Positions 1 to 11,800 of a stretch of 56,001 nt of DNA are shown here, piece after piece. The stretch is from NCBI GenBank assembly GCA_938009745.1, contig CALLII010000012.1, forward strand, positions 1-56,001. The letters are read 5' to 3'. Position 1 is the stretch's first letter; every line of letters starts with the position of its first letter. The position numbers and the translations under genes are program-made. Origin of the DNA: an uncultured Flavobacteriales bacterium (GTDB lineage Bacteria; Bacteroidota; Bacteroidia; Flavobacteriales_D; CAJJDF01). Below the pieces are notes generated by a model, which did no database searches, was not told the origin of the DNA, and was given only the letters and a program-made list of their open reading frames with translations.

Positions 1-3000
1 ACTAACACTAGTGAAAGAAGAAAAGCTATTAGCTGTTTTAGGTCCACCAATTGCTTGAGGATATAAATTCCTATACAACCTGTAAGTAAATCTTTGATCA
101 ACTGTGTTGGAGGTTAATTCTCTTCCGCAGGCATTTCTAAATGGTAATGCAGCTTGTAAATGATCTCTTGCTCCAAAAGCATACCTTTTTGCTAAGGAAT
201 CCATATATACTACTACTTCATTAGAAGAAATAATTCGCACAAATCTTTTAGGCATTACTAAAGTATTTACGGTAGAAGCTATATTGATACCACCATAATA
301 GTATCTAGTAAAATAGTAGGTTTCGGTAGTGTCAAAATAATAGACCGACTCATCCCAAGAGATATAAACAGAATCAAATTCAGTATAAGGCTTATATTCA
401 GCAGGATCAAATTTAGGGGTAATAGGTGTAGCTGGATTACTTGTTGAGCCTGCATCAAGATAAGAGAAACCAATGTCCATCCAAAAAACTCTTGAGCAAC
501 TTCTCCAACCATAGTTGTCAGTTCTTCTAGATATTCTTTCTGATTCGTGATCGATTTCTATTTGTGCGCCCCTGTAAATACAAGTAGGAATAGCTGCTTT
601 AGTAGCAAGATTATCATAAGCTAAAAGTTGTGCATTTATGTTATAATCACGGTATTGATCTCCATACATTATGAATTCCAATTCAATAGTATCATTAGTA
701 AAGACAGAGCTTCCTGCGTCACCTCCAAATTGATATAATGGATTACCTGTAGCAGTTCGCATACTATTTCTTAAGGCTGATAAATCTAGCCTTAGGGTTT
801 TTTCTGTGGTACTTTGAGTACTTTTTGTTACAGTAAAGTTGGTAAAAGTGAATGTGCTACCAGAACTAACATCTTTTATAGTAACATTATTTCCAGTCGT
901 TAAATACTCTATTGGATCTACAGTTGAAGCTAAGTGTGTATAGTTTATATCAAAAAACAAATTATCCAGAGCTGTATCTTGAACAACAATAGTGGCCGAA
1001 AGCCGAATAGAATCAAAAGGATGAACTTTATCTAAAACTACACCAGGAGTGTTTTCATTTACTTTAGTGGCTCTTGTTTCATCTGTCCAACCAAACGTAG
1101 CTCTTTGCAGTTTTTGGGAAATGATATTATATCCCTTAATCCTAGAATCACAATCTTTTATAATTGTAAGTGTTCCACAACCAATAGGCGAAACATAACA
1201 AGGGTCTGTAATGTCTCCCGAATCTATCCACACAAAAGAGCTGGCTTCAATCACTAATTCAGAACAAGTATCAAGATTTAAAGAACAATCATTTACAAAA
1301 TCTAAAGTAAAATTATCATCACTATTATTTGAACCTCTCATTCTATCAGTAAATACGCTTATTGTATCAAATGTAGCTCCAGGTTTTGTAATGATGTTAT
1401 AATTTACAGCACCATTATTAGTTACTCCATTCCATACAATATTAACTGGCGAAGCAACAGAAACACCTTTCGGCACTATAAACCTTTTTTCTAAACGTAC
1501 TTTTGTCCAATCAAATCGAGCAAACTGTGCCCATTCATTAAAGTTTATGGAAAATGGTGTTCCATTTGAAGCACTTGTAGATGAGGATAAAGTCCTCGAA
1601 TTGAAATCAAGATATTGATAATAACTTTGTCTACGAAACTGGTTCATAGGTTCACCACACATATTATTGAAATCAACATATAAAGCTTTGTGAGCATAGA
1701 AATAAATTATTTTCCTTCCACTTGTTCCTGTATTACAAGTAAAGTTTGGCCCAATGTTTCGATAAAATACTTCTACTGTAATGGAGCTATCCGATTTTAA
1801 ATCGTTTATGAATCCATCCCCATTTTCATCAGTTAATCCTCCGTTACTATAATCTGCTGCAGTAAGTGAATCTACCAATGGATATAGACCAAAAGCTCCA
1901 GCCTTAAATGGAACATTTTGTCCATTGATAAGTACTGAGTCATAAATTTTTGTATTAGGAAAAGAAGCAGGATTGTACATGGTACTATTGTTCCTTACCA
2001 TAGGTAACTGAATCACTAAATCAAAGGCATAATCGGCTAAAGTACCAGTAGCATTTTGACTATTTCTTACTGTAAAAGAGTAGCTTTTATTTAATAAACA
2101 GTAATCCGTTAGGTTGGAGCTAGTAGCTACATAAGAAATCACAGGATTAGAAACCACAATAGTTCCTAGAGTAGTAATTCTAGTAGCTTGACAACTATTA
2201 CCTTCGCATCCCCATGTTAATTCTACATCAGAATCTATAGAACGTGATGTGGATGGGCAGTTTATAAATTCAACCGAATCTGAAAAGTAAAATACATTAT
2301 TTGTTGGGCTCAATGGAGAGCCTCCAAAATCAGGTATTTTAAATTTATAAAGAATACTATCTCCTGTTAAAGATAGTGAACTTGTTCCTCCTGAGACCCA
2401 AAATATATCATGGTATAATTTTTCAACTATAACTTCAACAGAATCTATATCCCCAACAAGTGAAGTATAATCTACCTTAAAAGTTCGTATATATTTTTGG
2501 CCTAGTACCAACTGAGAAAGATCAACCCCAATTTGATTTCCAGTATTAGTATTAACAAATCCAGTTAAAATAACATTAGGTTGATCAGCATTTATTTGAG
2601 CAGAAATAACAGTATTGCCAAGTGGTAAGCCAAATGAATCGAAAAGTGTGAATTGAAGCGAACTAGAAACAGAACTACAATTAGACTTAATTAAAAACTC
2701 AATAGTATCTACTCCACCAATAGGAATTGTTATAAATTCAAATTCAGGAGCATTTTTATTTGTAGTGTCTACAATTGTAATATTAGAGTTTGGAATAAGT
2801 GACACAAACTCAAAGTTGTTTGTAAGGTTTGTTTCTAACTTTACATTACTAGCCCCATTAACAGAGTAAACTATCACATAAACCGTATCCGCTTCTCCAC
2901 AAGTAACTATAGAAGTAGGTACACTATTCCCAAAAATATCTGTTTGAGAAAATGAATAACTAGATATAATAGTCATTATAGAAATAACTATTAATTGGTA

Positions 3001-3018
3001 CAAAGACCTAAAATTCAT
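1..3018 (-). CDS. Large secreted/surface protein, 5' part only (>=1006 aa, runs off the left edge); probable adhesin-like T9SS cargo
   Basis: Not in the ORF track. I read the minus frame from ATG at 3018 (MNFRSLYQLIVISIMTIISSYSFSQTD..., signal-peptide-like) to base 1 without finding a stop. The sequence is Ser/Thr/Asn-rich and beta-strand-like, with scattered Cys and a GLTDENGDGFINDL acidic loop. The C-terminus is not visible, so a T9SS CTD is inferred only. Confidence 0.85.
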   Translation of the reverse strand, partial: MNFRSLYQLIVISIMTIISSYSFSQTDIFGNSVPTSIVTCGEADTVYVIVYSVNGASNVKLETNLTNNFEFVSLIPNSNITIVDTTNKNAPEFEFITIPIGGVDTIEFLIKSNCSSVSSSLQFTLFDSFGLPLGNTVISAQINADQPNVILTGFVNTNTGNQIGVDLSQLVLGQKYIRTFKVDYTSLVGDIDSVEVIVEKLYHDIFWVSGGTSSLSLTGDSILYKFKIPDFGGSPLSPTNNVFYFSDSVEFINCPSTSRSIDSDVELTWGCEGNSCQATRITTLGTIVVSNPVISYVATSSNLTDYCLLNKSYSFTVRNSQNATGTLADYAFDLVIQLPMVRNNSTMYNPASFPNTKIYDSVLINGQNVPFKAGAFGLYPLVDSLTAADYSNGGLTDENGDGFINDLKSDSSITVEVFYRNIGPNFTCNTGTSGRKIIYFYAHKALYVDFNNMCGEPMNQFRRQSYYQYLDFNSRTLSSSTSASNGTPFSINFNEWAQFARFDWTKVRLEKRFIVPKGVSVASPVNIVWNGVTNNGAVNYNIITKPGATFDTISVFTDRMRGSNNSDDNFTLDFVNDCSLNLDTCSELVIEASSFVWIDSGDITDPCYVSPIGCGTLTIIKDCDSRIKGYNIISQKLQRATFGWTDETRATKVNENTPGVVLDKVHPFDSIRLSATIVVQDTALDNLFFDINYTHLASTVDPIEYLTTGNNVTIKDVSSGSTFTFTNFTVTKSTQSTTEKTLRLDLSALRNSMRTATGNPLYQFGGDAGSSVFTNDTIELEFIMYGDQYRDYNINAQLLAYDNLATKAAIPTCIYRGAQIEIDHESERISRRTDNYGWRSCSRVFWMDIGFSYLDAGSTSNPATPITPKFDPAEYKPYTEFDSVYISWDESVYYFDTTETYYFTRYYYGGINIASTVNTLVMPKRFVRIISSNEVVVYMDSLAKRYAFGARDHLQAALPFRNACGRELTSNTVDQRFTYRLYRNLYPQAIGGPKTANSFSSFTSVS

Positions 3019-3123
3019 ACTTAATTATTTGGTATTAAATACGAAAGTACTTCTATTTGGTTGGTTATTGAGTTAATTATATCTTATCTTTTAACTACAA
3101 GATGTTGATATAGTAAGTGTTAT

Positions 3124-4374
3124 TTACTTATACTTTTTGATAATTAAAGTGGCATTATGACCTCCAAATCCAAATGTATTTGATAGCGCATAATTCACTT
3201 CTCTTTCTTGAGCTTTATTGAATGTAAAATTCAATTTTTCGTCAAGTTCAGGATCCACTTCTGTGTGATTAATTGTAGGTGGAACAATATTTTCAGTCAC
3301 AGCTAAAACACAAGCAAGAGCTTCAATAACACCAGCAGCACCTAATAGGTGACCAGTCATTGATTTTGTTGAGCTAATGTTTAGGTTGTAAGCATGTTCT
3401 CCAAATACTTTTTGAATCGCTTTGGATTCTGCAATATCTCCAAGTGGAGTAGAAGTACCGTGTACGTTAATATAGTCAATCGCACTTGGTTCAATATTGG
3501 CCTCTCTAAGAGCTTCATTCATTGAATTACGAGCGCCTAATCCTTCTGGATGTGGAGCAGTAATATGATGTGCATCACCTGATGCGCCACCTCCAACTAC
3601 TTCTGCATAAATTTTGGCTCCTCTTGCAATGGCATGGTCATATTCTTCAAGCATCATAGCCCCTGAACCTTCACCTAATACAAATCCATTTCTATTTTTA
3701 TCAAATGGTCTTGAGGCTGTCTGTGGACTCTCATTACTTTGTGATAATGCATGCATAGCATTGAACCCACCAACACCTGTTTCGGTAACAGCAGCTTCAG
3801 ATCCACCAGCAAGAATAGCGTTAGCTTTTCCTAATCTGATGTAATTAAAAGCATCAATTAAAGCATTGGTTGAGGAAGCACAAGCCGATACCGTGGCAAA
3901 GTTTGGCCCCATAAAACCATATTTAATTGAAATGTGACCTGCAGCAATATCTGCAATCATTTTTGGTATAAAAAAAGGGTTGAATTTTGGTGTTCCATCT
4001 CCACTAAAAAAGTTTTCACACTCGTCTTGTAAAGTTTTTAGACCCCCAATTCCTGCTCCCCAAATTACACCTATTCTAGTTGTATCAACTTCTTCTAAAT
4101 TCATTCCTGAATCTAATACAGCCTCATCTGCTGTAACAATAGCATATTGAGAAAATACATCTAGTTTTCTTGCTTCTTTTCTGTGAAGATGATCTTCTAT
4201 ATTGAAGTTCTTTATTTCACAAGCAAATTGTGTTTTGAATTTCTCGGCATTAAATTTAGTAATTTTTGCTGCCCCTGAAACTCCTTTTTTCAAGGAATCA
4301 AAATAATCGGAAGCATTATTCCCAATTGGGGTTAATGCTCCGATTCCAGTTATTACAACTCTTTTTAATTCCAT
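3124..4374 (-). CDS. fabF: 3-oxoacyl-ACP synthase II
   Basis: KRVVITGIG start; catalytic Cys in SACASS; His in HGTST and GHLLGAAG; SNTFGFGGHN C-terminus; directly downstream of acpP. Confidence 0.97.
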   Translation of the reverse strand: MELKRVVITGIGALTPIGNNASDYFDSLKKGVSGAAKITKFNAEKFKTQFACEIKNFNIEDHLHRKEARKLDVFSQYAIVTADEAVLDSGMNLEEVDTTRIGVIWGAGIGGLKTLQDECENFFSGDGTPKFNPFFIPKMIADIAAGHISIKYGFMGPNFATVSACASSTNALIDAFNYIRLGKANAILAGGSEAAVTETGVGGFNAMHALSQSNESPQTASRPFDKNRNGFVLGEGSGAMMLEEYDHAIARGAKIYAEVVGGGASGDAHHITAPHPEGLGARNSMNEALREANIEPSAIDYINVHGTSTPLGDIAESKAIQKVFGEHAYNLNISSTKSMTGHLLGAAGVIEALACVLAVTENIVPPTINHTEVDPELDEKLNFTFNKAQEREVNYALSNTFGFGGHNATLIIKKYK

Positions 4375-4386
4375 AGGAAGCTAATT

Positions 4387-4620
4387 TTATTTAGCGTCAT
4401 TAATGAATGTTACTGCATCTCCAACTGTAGCAATTTTTTCTGCTTGGTCGTCTGGTATTGCAATATTGAATTCTTTTTCAAATTCCATGATTAGTTCAAC
4501 AGTATCCAATGAATCTGCTCCTAAATCGTTTGTAAAGTTAGACTCTAGAGTTACTTCAGATGCATCTACACCTAATTTATCTACTATAATCGCTACTACT
4601 TTATCTTGTATTTCTGCCAT
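4387..4620 (-). CDS. acpP: Acyl carrier protein
   Basis: [14 protein letters not shown] phosphopantetheine site; start moved to ATG at 4620 (MAEIQDKV), giving 77 aa. Confidence 0.97.
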   Translation of the reverse strand: MAEIQDKVVAIIVDKLGVDASEVTLESNFTNDLGADSLDTVELIMEFEKEFNIAIPDDQAEKIATVGDAVTFINDAK

Positions 4621-4727
4621 TTTCTTTTTTATTTTAATGTTTAGATTGTGCAAATAAAATTAATTAATTCCTATTAACCAAGAATTCGCACACTACTTTC
4701 TTAACAAAGTCTGTTCCAAAAAGATTT

Positions 4728-5468
4728 TTATGCCTTCGCTTTAATCAGCTCTCTGTTCATTCTTGCTATGTTATCAAGGGATATCCCTTTAGGACATTCT
4801 ACTTCACAAGCCCCTGTATTTGTACAGTTTCCGAATCCTTCGATATCCATTTGGTTTACCATGTTTATTACTCTGTCTTTAGCTTCAACTTGCCCTTGTG
4901 GCAGTAATGCGTATTGAGACACTTTGGCAGAAACAAATAACATTGCTGACGAATTTTTACAAGTCGCTACACATGCTCCACATCCAATACATGTTGCTGC
5001 ATCCATTGCTAAATCAGCATCAGCCTTAGGAATTGGTAATGAGTTTGCATCTTGCGTATTTCCAGAAGTATTTACCGAAATATATCCTCCAGCTTGCTGA
5101 ATTCTATCAAAAGCACCTCTATCTACCATTAAATCCTTTACCACAGGAAATGAATTTGCTCTAAAAGGTTCAATATGGATAGTTTCTCCATCTTTGAACA
5201 TTCTCATGTGCAACTGGCAAGTTGTAACTCTTCTATCAGGTCCGTGAGCCTCTCCGTTAATGTACATAGAGCACATTCCACAAATTCCTTCTCTACAATC
5301 ATGATCAAATGCAACAGGCTCTTCTCCTTTTTCAATTAATTCATCATTAAGAATATCCATCATTTCAAGAAAGGACATGTGTCCTTCTATATTAGAAATA
5401 GGATATGTTACCATTTTTCCTGGTGACTTAGCATCTTTTTGACGCCATATTTTAAGTGTTAAATTCAT
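4728..5468 (-). CDS. sdhB: Succinate dehydrogenase/fumarate reductase iron-sulfur subunit
   Basis: [16 protein letters not shown] and CTNTGAC Fe-S motifs; third gene of the sdhCAB order. Confidence 0.95.
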   Translation of the reverse strand: MNLTLKIWRQKDAKSPGKMVTYPISNIEGHMSFLEMMDILNDELIEKGEEPVAFDHDCREGICGMCSMYINGEAHGPDRRVTTCQLHMRMFKDGETIHIEPFRANSFPVVKDLMVDRGAFDRIQQAGGYISVNTSGNTQDANSLPIPKADADLAMDAATCIGCGACVATCKNSSAMLFVSAKVSQYALLPQGQVEAKDRVINMVNQMDIEGFGNCTNTGACEVECPKGISLDNIARMNRELIKAKA

Positions 5469-5473
5469 ATCAA

Positions 5474-7489
5474 TTATTTATAAGATCTTTGCTTTAACTC
5501 AATATTTTCGTATTTCAATTCTTCTTTGTGAAGTACTGCATCTGACGGTAAACCTTTATATTCCCATGCAGAAACAAATGTATAGTTTTCATCATCTCTT
5601 TTTGCTTCTCCTTTTTGTGGACCATCAATTTCAACAGACTCTTCTCTAAAGTGTCCTCCACAAGATTCTTCTCTTGTAAGTGCATCTTTAGCAAATAGTT
5701 CTCCTAGTTCAAGGAAATCTGCTACTCTTCCAGCTTTTTCAAGCTCTCTGTTTACTTCGTGAGTTCCTCCTGGTACTCTTACGTTTTTCCAGAAATCTGC
5801 TCTTAGTTCTTGAATTTCAGCAATCGCTTCTTTCAATCCAGTTTCATTTCTAGACATCCCAACTTTGTTCCAGATAATGTTACCAAGTTTTTTGTGAAAA
5901 TAATCTACAGCTTTTGTTCCGCCAGTATTTACTAACTTATCAAGGGTATCTTTCACTGAGTTTTCTGCTTCTTCAAATGCAGTAGTATCTGTCGGTATAG
6001 CTCCAGTTCTAATATCATGAGATAAATAATCTCCTATTGTGTAAGGAAGTACGAAATATCCATCAGCTAATCCCTGCATTAACGCAGATGCTCCAAGTCT
6101 ATTTGCTCCGTGATCAGAGAAGTTTGCTTCTCCAATTGCGTAACAACCTTTTACAGTAGTCATCAAGTTGTAATCTACCCACAATCCCCCCATGGTATAG
6201 TGAGTTGCTGGATAAATCATCATTGGTGTTTTGTATGGATCCTCATCTACAATTTTCTCATACATCTGGAATAAGTTACCGTATTTTGCTTCTACAATAT
6301 CTTTTCCTAAATCATAAATTCTCTGAGCAGAAGCATTTTCTTCATTATGAATTTTTGCTTGCTCTTTTCCGTATCTTTCAATAGCCGATTTAAAATCTAA
6401 ATAAACTGCCTCTCCAGTTTTGTTTACTCCAAATCCAGCATCACACCTTTCTTTTGCAGCTCTAGACGCTACATCTCTTGGTACTAAGTTTCCAAATGCA
6501 GGATATCTTCTTTCCAAGTAATAATCTCTTTCATCTTCAGATAAATCGGTTGGCTTTTTCTTTCCTTCACGGATAGCCTTTACATCTTCTAATTTTGCAG
6601 GAACCCAAATTCTTCCGTCATTTCTTAATGACTCAGACATCAATGTTAATTTAGATTGATAATCTCCCGATCTTGGAATACAAGTTGGGTGAATTTGTGT
6701 AAAACAAGGGTTAGCAAAGTAAGCTCCTTTTTTGTGCGTTTTCCATGCGGCAGTTACGTTACTTCCCATTGCATTAGTAGAAAGGAAATATAAGTTTCCA
6801 TATCCTCCAGATGCTATTACAACTGCGTGAGCTGAGTGTCTTTCTAGTTCTCCAGTAATGAGGTTACGAGCAATAATCCCTCTTGCTTTACCATCAACCT
6901 TTACTATATCCAACATTTCGTGTCTGTTGTACATTTCAATTTTACCTCTTGCAATTTGTCTGTTCATTGCTGAGTATGCTCCGAGTAATAACTGTTGTCC
7001 AGTTTGTCCTTTTGCATAAAAAGTTCTTGAAACTAATACTCCTCCAAAAGATCTGTTATCCAACAATCCTCCATAATCTCTTGCAAATGGAACTCCTTGG
7101 GCTACACATTGATCAATTATATTAGATGATACTTCTGCAAGTCTGTAGACGTTTGCCTCTCTAGATCTGTAATCACCACCTTTTACTGTATCGTAAAATA
7201 AACGGTAATTAGAATCTCCATCTCCTTGGTAATTCTTGGCTGCATTAATTCCACCTTGTGCCGCAATTGAATGGGCTCTTCTTGGTGAATCTTGGTAACA
7301 AAATGCTTTTACATTATAACCTTGCTCGGCAAGTGTAGCTGAGGCAGAACCACCAGCAAGACCAGTACCAATTACGATAATGTCAATTTTTCTTTTGTTA
7401 GCAGGGTTTACTAAGTCAATTTTATCTTTATAAGTTGTCCATTTATCTTTTAATGGACCTCCTGGGACTTTTGAATCAAGTGTACTCAT
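5474..7489 (-). CDS. sdhA: Succinate dehydrogenase/fumarate reductase flavoprotein subunit
   Basis: GTGLAGG FAD-binding motif, AHSIAAQGG flavinylation His, HYTMGG, HGANRLG; start placed at ATG 7489 (MSTLDSK), 7 nt after the sdhC stop. Confidence 0.96.
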   Translation of the reverse strand: MSTLDSKVPGGPLKDKWTTYKDKIDLVNPANKRKIDIIVIGTGLAGGSASATLAEQGYNVKAFCYQDSPRRAHSIAAQGGINAAKNYQGDGDSNYRLFYDTVKGGDYRSREANVYRLAEVSSNIIDQCVAQGVPFARDYGGLLDNRSFGGVLVSRTFYAKGQTGQQLLLGAYSAMNRQIARGKIEMYNRHEMLDIVKVDGKARGIIARNLITGELERHSAHAVVIASGGYGNLYFLSTNAMGSNVTAAWKTHKKGAYFANPCFTQIHPTCIPRSGDYQSKLTLMSESLRNDGRIWVPAKLEDVKAIREGKKKPTDLSEDERDYYLERRYPAFGNLVPRDVASRAAKERCDAGFGVNKTGEAVYLDFKSAIERYGKEQAKIHNEENASAQRIYDLGKDIVEAKYGNLFQMYEKIVDEDPYKTPMMIYPATHYTMGGLWVDYNLMTTVKGCYAIGEANFSDHGANRLGASALMQGLADGYFVLPYTIGDYLSHDIRTGAIPTDTTAFEEAENSVKDTLDKLVNTGGTKAVDYFHKKLGNIIWNKVGMSRNETGLKEAIAEIQELRADFWKNVRVPGGTHEVNRELEKAGRVADFLELGELFAKDALTREESCGGHFREESVEIDGPQKGEAKRDDENYTFVSAWEYKGLPSDAVLHKEELKYENIELKQRSYK

Positions 7490-7496
7490 AGTCTTA

Positions 7497-8180
7497 TTAA
7501 TGTTGTAAATGATGATAAATTGCAATGAAAATGAATCCTAATGGAACAACTATTGCAAAAGCGTTTCCGAATTTTTTGATAAAGTTTTTTCCTTTGCTGA
7601 CTCCAACTGACTGGAAAGACGATTGAAATCCATGCATCAAATGAAGGGCTAATAGCACAAATGAGATGATATAAATAATTACTCTGATTGGGTCTTCAAA
7701 TTTCATGACCAACTCTTCATAATATCTATATCCACTGTTTGGGTCATTTGGATTAATCAATCCTGTCATGTCTCCACCAGCATATTTCACTGTCATTTCA
7801 TGAACCCAAAAATCGTAAAAGTGTAATCCTAAAAATGCTAACACTACTAATCCAGTAACAATCATGTTTCTTGATATCCAAGATGAATTTGTTCCTGGTT
7901 TGCTATAGGCATACTTTACAGATCTTGCACTTCTATTTTGTAATTCAAGAACAATCCCCATAATAAAGTGAAAAAACACAGCAAATATTAATACTGGTTG
8001 TAGTGCAAATTGAACAACTGGATTAGTTCCCATGAATTGAGACACTTCATTAAACATATCTGGGCTCACAACTGAGAGCATATTGATTGTTAAATGCTGA
8101 AGCAGGAAAAACATTAGAAAGAATCCTGATAGAGCCATTAATATTTTTCGGCCTATTGTAGTGAATTTTGATTTAGACAT
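7497..8180 (-). CDS. sdhC: Succinate dehydrogenase cytochrome b subunit
   Basis: [10 protein letters not shown] start, five hydrophobic segments with conserved His (QHL, FHF, LHF, HLMHG); upstream of sdhAB. Confidence 0.93.
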   Translation of the reverse strand: MSKSKFTTIGRKILMALSGFFLMFFLLQHLTINMLSVVSPDMFNEVSQFMGTNPVVQFALQPVLIFAVFFHFIMGIVLELQNRSARSVKYAYSKPGTNSSWISRNMIVTGLVVLAFLGLHFYDFWVHEMTVKYAGGDMTGLINPNDPNSGYRYYEELVMKFEDPIRVIIYIISFVLLALHLMHGFQSSFQSVGVSKGKNFIKKFGNAFAIVVPLGFIFIAIYHHLQH

Positions 8181-8260
8181 TTTTGAAATTAGTTTTTTCT
8201 TAAGTGTAGTAAAAGTAACTTTTGCTTAAATTTAAAGCAAGTATTAAACACAAAAATACG

Positions 8261-8283
8261 TTATTTATATAGATTCTTGATAA
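8261..8283. promoter_or_regulatory. Imperfect AT-rich palindrome, candidate Fur/PerR-type operator between sdhC and cvpA
   Basis: TTATTTATA-TAGAT-TCTTGATAA, a 9-5-9 inverted repeat resembling TTATTTAGA-N5-TCTAAATAA as I recall it from Bacteroidota iron-related promoters. Confidence 0.4.
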
Positions 8284-8289
8284 AAACTT

Positions 8290-8297
8290 TATCTTTG
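8290..8297 (+). promoter_or_regulatory. Bacteroidota -7 promoter element for the CvpA gene
   Basis: TATCTTTG is an exact TAnnTTTG match, 6 nt before ATG 8304. Confidence 0.7.
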
Positions 8298-8303
8298 GTT
8301 CCA

Positions 8304-8825
8304 ATGAATTTTATTGATATTTTTATTCTGGGTATTTTAATTTGGTTTGGATACAAAGGCTTTAGGAAAGGTCTTGTTTTTGAATTAGTTAGTATAATCG
8401 CTTTGGCATTAGGGATTTATGGTGGTTTAAAATTTTCTGACACCACAGCCGAGTATTTAGCATCCTATATAGATTCTGAATATTTAGAAATAATTTCTTT
8501 TACAGTCACTTTTTTAGTCATTCTTCTTTTGGTTTTTGCTGCAGGTAAAGTAGTAGAAAAAATAATAAATCTTGTTGCCCTAAAATTAGTGAACAAACTC
8601 CTTGGTGCTTTTTTTGCTATTATTAAAATAGGATTAGCATTAGCTGTACTCATTACTATAGTTGAGTCTTATGATCAAAAACTAGAATTTATTCCTAAAG
8701 AAGTTAAAAGCGAATCACTTACGTATGAGCCTTTGTTAAATGTAGCGAATACTGTTTTGCCAGAAATTGAAAAGAATAATTTATTTAAAGAGCTTAAGTC
8801 AACTTCCTTAGGAGAAACCGAATAA
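8304..8825 (+). CDS. CvpA family (colicin V production) membrane protein
   Basis: MNFIDIFILGILIWFGYKGFRKGLVFEL start and NKLLGAFF motif typical of CvpA; about 4 TM segments; start moved to ATG 8304. Confidence 0.85.
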   Translation: MNFIDIFILGILIWFGYKGFRKGLVFELVSIIALALGIYGGLKFSDTTAEYLASYIDSEYLEIISFTVTFLVILLLVFAAGKVVEKIINLVALKLVNKLLGAFFAIIKIGLALAVLITIVESYDQKLEFIPKEVKSESLTYEPLLNVANTVLPEIEKNNLFKELKSTSLGETE

Positions 8826-8857
8826 GTAATTTGGTTTTTTGTAGATTTACTTTAATA

Positions 8858-11800
8858 ATGAAAATAAAGATTACATATTATTCAGCACTAATTCTTCTTT
8901 TAGTTTTGTTGTCCTATAATTCTCGAAGTCAGTTTTATAATGGTTCCTTTCAAGAGTTTGGAAAGAACAGAGTTCAGGAAACAACTTTCTTTTGGCAATA
9001 TTATGATTTTGAAAGATTTAAGGTTTATTTCTACGGAGATGGAGCTACAAATGCCGAATATGCAGCAAAATCTATTCACAAAAACTTACAGGAATTAGAG
9101 CTTTTTTTTGAAACTCAACTCGATTCTAAGTTTGATGTTTTGGTGTTTAATAAACATACTGATTTTAAACAAAGTAATGTTGGACTCACCAATGAGCTAT
9201 CGTCAAATGTGGGAGGAAGAAACTCAATTATTGGGAATAAAATATTTCTTTATTTTGAGCAAGACCATCCTGATTTTGACAAACAAATAAGAGCTGCATT
9301 AACTGAAGCTCTAGTGTCAAGAATGGTGAATCAAACTAGTTGGAAACAGGTAGTCAGAAATTCATCTGCAGTAGAAATGCCTAGTTGGTTTGCAGAAGGT
9401 TTGTATTCTTACATGGGTGAGAATTGGAGCGCAACTATCGAAACTGAAATAAAAGATGGAATTATTTCTGGGAGATATGATAAGCTTGGAAGGCTAGAAA
9501 ATATTGATGCTAAACATGCTGGTCATGCAATGTGGAATTATATTGCTCAAGTATATGGAGATGAGGTAATACCACAAATCATTTATTTATTGAGTGTTTC
9601 TAAGAGTTTTGAATCTAGTTTTAGGTTCGTTTTAGGAAAATCAACAAAGAGTTTAAACAATGATTTTGTTAACTATTACAAAAAGTCTTTTGAAGAAAAA
9701 GATGAGAACAAAGCTCAGCCATTACAACAAGAAATTGAAATAAAAAAGCGAAAGAAAAAAGGAAAAATTACTCAATTTTCACTTAGCCCTGATGGCACTA
9801 AATTAGCATATACAGCTAATGAAATTGGGAAATATAAAGTATGGATTTATGATATTCCAACAAAAACTTACACAAAAGTAAGGGCAAGAGGATTTAAAGC
9901 TGAGAGGGCTACAGACGAATCTTTTCCTTTAATTGATTGGCATCCAAATGGCAATACCCTTGCATTTATTGAGGAAACAGATGGAGAAGTTTATTTTAAT
10001 TTTTATGATCTTGAATCTAAAAAAACTACAAAAAGAGCTGTACAAAATGTAACCAAAGTAACCAGTTTTAGTTATAATGAAACAGGTACGCAATTTGTTT
10101 TTTCTGGAATTCAAAAAGGACAAACAGACCTATATCTATATACCATTATTGGAAATGGTTATAAAAAATTAACTGACGATTTTTCGGATGACAGAGATCC
10201 TCGATTTATTGAGAATTCGACTAAAATTATATTTTCATCTAACAGAAAAAATGATTCTTTATACGTTAAAGCACCAATAAAGCCTATTGCCAATTTGTAT
10301 GATATTTATATCTACGATTTAAATAAAAAGTTCCAACCAACATTAAAAAGAGTGACAAATACTCCTAATATTAATGAGATGGCTCCTTACGAGTTAGAAA
10401 GGTTTAAGTACACATATTTATCAGATGAAAATGGACTAATTAACAGATATGTTGCTGTTTTCGATAGCGTTATAGCTTCAGTAGATACAGTTATTAATTA
10501 TCGTTATTTTTCTAAATCATCTGAAGTAACCAACTATAACAAAGGAATTTCATCAATAGATTATTCTGATGTTACTTCTGAAGTTGGAATGGTACTGAAA
10601 GAAGATAACAAGTACCTTTTTTATAAAGGAGATCTTTCAATTGATCAGATTTCAGATAAAGAAACTGATGATGGTGAGGGTAACACTGAAATAAAAGAAT
10701 CTGAAAAAAGAAAGAGTACTGTTGAAATTATTTCAATTAAGCCTAAAACAACTGATGAAGAAGTGATAGAAATATCCAACTATCAATTTGAACGGGAAAA
10801 GCCAAAAGAGGAAGTCAAAAAGAAAGAAGATTTAGTGTTTTTGAATCCTGAAAATACCCTGACTAAGAAGGAACTAATAAGTTATGAATTTAGACTTCCA
10901 ACTAGAAAATTATATAACATTAATTTTACTTTAGATGAGGTCACATCTCAAATAGATAACAATTTTTTGAATGGAACCTATCAAGTTTTTAATCCTAATA
11001 ATCCAGTCTTTAATAATCAAAATGTGAACCTATTCAACATGGTTCAAATTAAAGATTTAATGGAAGATTATAGATTAATTGGAGGGGTAAATTTATCGTT
11101 TAACCTTCGTGACAATGATTACTTGCTTTCTTTCGAAGATTTATCTCAAAGATTTGATAAAAAATATCTGTTTACAAGGCAGGTATATTCTACTGACATT
11201 AATTTTATTCCTGTTCGTACTAGAATTCATGAATTTAAATACCGTTTGAAATATCCTTTTAACGAAATTTCTTCTTTGGCAGTTACATTTAATTTGAGGA
11301 ATGATAACACGATAATTTCTGCGTTAAATAGACAGACACTAGAAGCTGAAGGAACTTCTAGAAACATGGGTGGAGCAAAATTGGAGTACGTTCTTGATAA
11401 TACATTCGATAGAGGAATAAACCTAAGAGAAGGAACTAGATTAAAACTTTTTGGTGAATATTATCAAGAGATATATGAAGCTGAAACTGACTTTTTTGTT
11501 GTTGGAGCTGACATACGTCACTATCAAAAGATTCACAGAGAGATGATATTTGCAGGTAGAGTTGCAGCAAGCTCTTCTTTCGGAAATAGGAAACTTGTAT
11601 ACTATATGGGTGGTGTTGATGGTTGGTTAGGAGCAAGGTCTAATGAATCAATTGTTATTCCAACTGATCAAGGTTTTGCGTTTCAAACAATAGCTACTCC
11701 AATGAGAGGGTTTTTACAAACTACAAGATTTGGTAACAGCTTTGCAGTGGCTAACACAGAAGTTAGATGGCCAGTATTTGAGTATTTTAGTGAGTACCCA

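Noticed and set aside
279-1402. Short track ORFs 279-512 (-) and 1211-1402 (+), and the idea that 1-3018 is non-coding or uses a recoded stop
   Set aside because: Both lie within the open 1006-codon minus-strand frame; the track missed it, most likely because its stop is outside the window.
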